Positions 52,005 through 54,938 of a DNA stretch of 54,938 nt are shown here, piece by piece (the stretch's first letter is position 1; each line of letters opens with the position of its first letter). Under the pieces are notes generated by a model. That model saw only the letters and a list, made by a program, of their open reading frames with translations. It was not told the DNA's origin and ran no database searches. A program made the translations under genes and the position numbers. The stretch comes from Erysipelotrichaceae bacterium (lineage in GTDB: Bacteria > Bacillota_I > Bacilli_A > Erysipelotrichales > Erysipelotrichaceae), in the NCBI GenBank assembly GCA_035697025.1, contig DASSDQ010000073.1, positions 1 through 54,938 on the forward strand, in the 5' to 3' direction.

Positions 52005-52026
52005 AAAAGAGGGGAAACCCTCTTTT
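52003..52026. terminator. Bidirectional terminator between the integrase gene and the convergent 185-aa gene
   Basis: AGAGGG (52008-52013) pairs with CCCTCT (52018-52023), flanked by an A-run upstream and a T-run downstream. Confidence 0.8.
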
Positions 52027-52028
52027 GA

Positions 52029-52586
52029 TTATTCAAAGAATCTTTTCAATTCTTCTGGTTCACATTCGTGGAAATTAGCTCTTTTTACAATGGTTCCATA
52101 CTCGTGTAGTAGAGATGGATTCTTTAGAGCTACAAACGATGTCTCAACTTCTAACTCATCTACTAAATGTGGCAAATGTTCATTGTAGAAGAAATACAGT
52201 TCTTTATACTCTTCATTAGTATTAATTAAATTATGAATTGCTTTAACATTTATTTCTGTATTATAGAAACTCTTCATGTATTCAGCGCTTTTCTTTAAAG
52301 ATATATTCTTCTCAAGACTAATTTTGTCATCTGGGTATTGATCAGGGCGAAGCATAGGATGTAATCTATTTACTTCGTCAAGAAATTTGTCTTCACTTTC
52401 ATCATGGTATTTAACTAATGTTTCTAATACTGGCCAAGTAATTCCTGGTTCACCAATTTGATCTAATTCTTCAAAAAGTTCCGCAAGCTTTTTGTGCTTC
52501 TTAATTAATGGTGTTATTTTAAATGCAATATATTCCGTTGATAATTTCGTCTCTTCTAATCCTACATTTCTTACTTCATTATTCAT
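52029..52586 (-). CDS. Hypothetical protein, 185 aa, acidic, with no recognisable family
   Basis: ATG start with AGAGGA RBS. Its own extended -10 (TGaTATAAT, reverse complement of 52646-52654) and its own terminator. No TM segment or signal peptide, and no motif I can assign. Confidence 0.6.
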   Translation of the reverse strand: MNNEVRNVGLEETKLSTEYIAFKITPLIKKHKKLAELFEELDQIGEPGITWPVLETLVKYHDESEDKFLDEVNRLHPMLRPDQYPDDKISLEKNISLKKSAEYMKSFYNTEINVKAIHNLINTNEEYKELYFFYNEHLPHLVDELEVETSFVALKNPSLLHEYGTIVKRANFHECEPEELKRFFE

Positions 52587-52788
52587 GTTTTTTCCTCTGA
52601 TTCCCTTAGCTTTTTTGTATGGAATCTTGCTTTCTTTATAGGTTTATTATATCAAAAAAAGCCTTATTTTAAAAGGGTTTTAGATATATGAGTCCACGTT
52701 TAAGGACAGTAAAAGTGCGGCAAAAAAGCTGGATTTTAGGCACAATAAAAGGCAGTAGTTTTCACTCCTGCCCATCCATATATTTTGA

Positions 52789-53124
52789 TTATTTTGTCGA
52801 ATTTAACAAGTTTTCCTCGACATATTTGTCGACCCAGCTATTACCGCCGATCTTTTTATATGCATCGAAGCTATCTAACCTAGCATTTTCTGGAATATCC
52901 TTATTTGTTATTATGCTTTTAAGCACAAGTAATTGAATTTCATTTAATACTTCACTTACCCTCACATCTTCAGCTTCTTTTTTTTCAAGTCTGTCTAATA
53001 TTAGTAAGTGATCTTTCTTGTGTGTGTTTGTAAACCAGATCAAGTATAGAATTATACCTGTGTTTACCATTTGCGGTGGAACGTATTGAATTGCGTCCAT
53101 CAACAGTTTTAATAAGTCGTTCAT
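52789..53124 (-). CDS. Hypothetical small phage protein (possible holin-like, weak)
   Basis: ATG 53124 lies 6 nt after GGAG (the ORF-track start at 53148 is a TTG). One hydrophobic stretch VNTGIILYLIWF is followed by a charged segment that looks like a coiled coil. It occupies the position after the tail fibres where lysis genes usually sit. Confidence 0.45.
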   Translation of the reverse strand: MNDLLKLLMDAIQYVPPQMVNTGIILYLIWFTNTHKKDHLLILDRLEKKEAEDVRVSEVLNEIQLLVLKSIITNKDIPENARLDSFDAYKKIGGNSWVDKYVEENLLNSTK

Positions 53125-53207
53125 ATTATTCTCCGGAATATTTTCCAATTTGAGTTTCTTGTAAATCGTTATTTAAGATATATCTTAGTCTTAAGAATAG
53201 TTTGAAT

Positions 53208-53621
53208 TTAAACATACCATTCTGTAAACTTAATTGTTTGTGAATCACTGTTTGAACGACAATTTGATGTAAATCTATATTGAGTTGCTTTCTCTTCTCT
53301 TGAAACAGCTACGTTGATATTGAAAGTCCAAGTGGTTCCAGCATTAACATCCTGTCCTCCTGATGCAACTGTTACCCAACCAGAAGAAACATAATACAAT
53401 TCGAGTGTATACGAACATGGAGCAATCCAGTCATACTGAGTTATCCTACAGTTCATATTGATTGTTTTAGGTCTAACTGCTGTAAATGAAGGTGAAGTGT
53501 ATACTGGACCAGGAGTGAATCCACTTCTATTTGTTATAAAAGTATTTGAAGCATACGTACCAGTTTGCAATGTCCAATAAACTTTGTTTTGAACAGCTGA
53601 TGAAGCGATCACTCCAATCAT
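53208..53621 (-). CDS. Hypothetical phage protein, likely beta-rich (tail-fibre-associated)
   Basis: ATG 53621 has a GGAG RBS 7 nt upstream and forms an ATGA overlap with the tail-fibre stop codon. The ORF-track start at 53645 is a TTG. Composition is rich in S, T, N, G, Y and W. Confidence 0.55.
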   Translation of the reverse strand: MIGVIASSAVQNKVYWTLQTGTYASNTFITNRSGFTPGPVYTSPSFTAVRPKTINMNCRITQYDWIAPCSYTLELYYVSSGWVTVASGGQDVNAGTTWTFNINVAVSREEKATQYRFTSNCRSNSDSQTIKFTEWYV

Positions 53622-54640
53622 GATAATGCTCCAATTAATAGCCAATTATTAGCAACACTCGTTTTATAAAGAGTTGCTGTTTCATATTGATTCGCAATAT
53701 TCTTCTTACTACCGACACTCAATATAGTTACACCAGATCCTTGAGCGAAAGTTACTGCTCCAGTTCCATATCTAAAAAATATGATACTAGTTCCAGCTGG
53801 AAATAATACACTTGAATCAGGTGGAACTGTAATCGTTGCTGCAGTTGTTATTAAATATAATTTGCCTGAATGAGTTAAATCTAAAGTCGCCGAACCATAA
53901 AGCTCACCATACTGAACTAATTTAGCTCTTTCATGAACCATAGCTGTGTTAGCTAATTTTGTACTATTATCAAATGCAACTTGAGTTGGTGCAGTTGGAG
54001 AACCAGTAAAAGAAGGGCTTGCTATTGTGGCTTTATTAGCTAAAGTTGAACCAATTTCATCAAGTATATTTTCAACATTAGTTCCAGTGTAATAGTTGGA
54101 AGTATCAATAACTGAAACAGCTGACGCTACAGGATCAACAATTGGATTGGCGAATTCTAAACCATCTTCTGTAGCTTTTACTTTAACAAACTTGCCTGAG
54201 TGAGATGAATATGCAGTAGGTGTATCTATTAATTCAAGAAAAGTATCAACTCCGCCTTCGCCGCCAGCTGTTGCGCTTAATACACCATCTCCATCAATAA
54301 TCAGATTGTTACCAACTTTTACTCCACCTAATACCGCCGCACTCGCAGCTGGAAGATTATAGACAGGTGGTATTGTTGGTTTGTTTAATATCGCCGCATC
54401 ACCAGAAATAGCATTCCAATCTGGTTGTACATTTGCTTCTGCACCTGCGGCGACACTCGCAAGTTTAGATTTCTCGGCAGAAGAGTAATCTTCAGTTGAT
54501 AGCCCTTTGCCGACGATCTTATCAACTTTATTTGACATAGCAATATCGATCAAGTCCGCATTTCCATTAAAGACTTGAATATCATATGCTTCTGTACTTA
54601 TTGGTTTTTCCAAATTTAGATTTGGAGTAAAATTAGCCAT
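53618..54640 (-). CDS. Phage tail fibre protein
   Basis: N-terminal MANFTPNLNLEKP...YD...FNGNADLID, a GKGLSTEDYSSAEKSKL repeat, QPDWN...AILNKP and SPSFTGSPTAPT...DNSTKLANTAMV. All are motifs common in Firmicutes phage fibres. Confidence 0.8.
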   Translation of the reverse strand: MANFTPNLNLEKPISTEAYDIQVFNGNADLIDIAMSNKVDKIVGKGLSTEDYSSAEKSKLASVAAGAEANVQPDWNAISGDAAILNKPTIPPVYNLPAASAAVLGGVKVGNNLIIDGDGVLSATAGGEGGVDTFLELIDTPTAYSSHSGKFVKVKATEDGLEFANPIVDPVASAVSVIDTSNYYTGTNVENILDEIGSTLANKATIASPSFTGSPTAPTQVAFDNSTKLANTAMVHERAKLVQYGELYGSATLDLTHSGKLYLITTAATITVPPDSSVLFPAGTSIIFFRYGTGAVTFAQGSGVTILSVGSKKNIANQYETATLYKTSVANNWLLIGALS

Positions 54641-54641
54641 T

Positions 54642-54938
54642 TTATACCTCTTGAGCTTCTAGAGCATCAATTCGTTTTATTAATTCATTAATTAGGTTTT
54701 GTTGTATTTGAACAGTTTGAACTAAAGGTGCAATCAATTCAGAATATCTGATTCCTTTGTAATGAGCAGTTTGTTCTTCGTTTTGTGAGAAATCTGAACT
54801 CATTGTAGGATCAATGTATACTCCAGCATCAAAGCCAGTTTCATCCATTGCTCTCTTAACATCTTGCGCAATAAACCCTAAGTGGTCTCTCTTTCCATCT
54901 TTCCATTTGTATGTAACAGGTCTCAGTTTCATTATGAA
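54642..54938 (-). CDS. C-terminal part of a phage fibre/spike protein with a peptidase S74 intramolecular chaperone domain (5' end outside the window)
   Basis: LRPVTYKWKD...HLGFIAQDV...YSELIAPLVQTVQ...L..RIDALE is typical of the endosialidase-chaperone domain. The frame stays open to the window edge. Confidence 0.75.
   Translation of the reverse strand, partial: FIMKLRPVTYKWKDGKRDHLGFIAQDVKRAMDETGFDAGVYIDPTMSSDFSQNEEQTAHYKGIRYSELIAPLVQTVQIQQNLINELIKRIDALEAQEV

Larger units (their letters stand above)
50854..54938. mobile_element. Integrated phage-derived element at tRNA-Lys(CUU). It is partial and continues beyond the window.
   Basis: A tyrosine integrase starts 99 nt after the tRNA 3' end. 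It is followed by opposite-strand phage late genes (an S74-chaperone fibre protein, a tail fibre and small orphan ORFs). The att sites were not identifiable inside the window. Confidence 0.65.

Noticed and set aside
52688-52936. An 82-aa + strand ORF in the prophage region.
   Set aside because: It overlaps the 3' end of the better-supported minus-strand 111-aa gene and its terminator. Its product is low-complexity (rich in S, F and L) and it has no RBS.
53174-53187. A perfect 14-bp palindrome, TAAGATATATCTTA, between the 137-aa and 111-aa phage genes.
   Set aside because: It is an AT-only palindrome built on a TATATA core in AT-rich intergenic DNA. No second copy and no flanking T-run are present. 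Evidence is too weak to call it an operator or terminator.

Overview
This is a low-GC, Bacillota-type chromosomal segment that uses the standard genetic code (TGA serves as a stop at 18494-18496, 43525-43527 and 47709-47711). It carries the core transcription and translation gene block in Bacillus-like order. That order is rplJ-rplL, a YbxB-like methyltransferase, rpoB-rpoC, rpsL-rpsG-fusA-tuf, the S10/spc/alpha operons (rpsJ through rplQ, including secY-adk-map-infA-rpmJ), ecfA1-ecfA2-ecfT-truA, and rplM-rpsI. Accessory DNA sits at the operon junctions:
- An IS30-family element lies just upstream of the rplJ promoter.
- A TetR/CPBP pair, an aminotransferase and an aconitase/isocitrate dehydrogenase/citrate synthase module lie between tuf and rpsJ.
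- A methyltransferase and a membrane protein lie after rplQ.
- A PHP phosphatase, a YhfC-like protease and a lipoprotein lie after truA.
- A second lipoprotein, a methyltransferase, an MccF-like S66 peptidase and a MATE pump lie after rpsI.

The right end holds five tRNA genes (Ile-GAU, Ala-UGC, Asn-GUU, Glu-UUC, Lys-CUU). A tyrosine integrase directly after tRNA-Lys leads into a phage tail-fibre/late region that runs off the window.

The most unusual feature is rpoC. It is an uninterrupted 1928-codon ORF with a roughly 630-aa insertion built from nine tandem, degenerate 60-69-aa modules that look helical. The insertion sits in conserved region F, just N-terminal of the bridge helix. rpoB is also expanded, to 1393 codons. 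No L30 gene lies between rpsE and rplO. No CRISPR array, rRNA gene or clear riboswitch was seen. All family assignments come from reading motifs and gene order by eye, and no database search was run.
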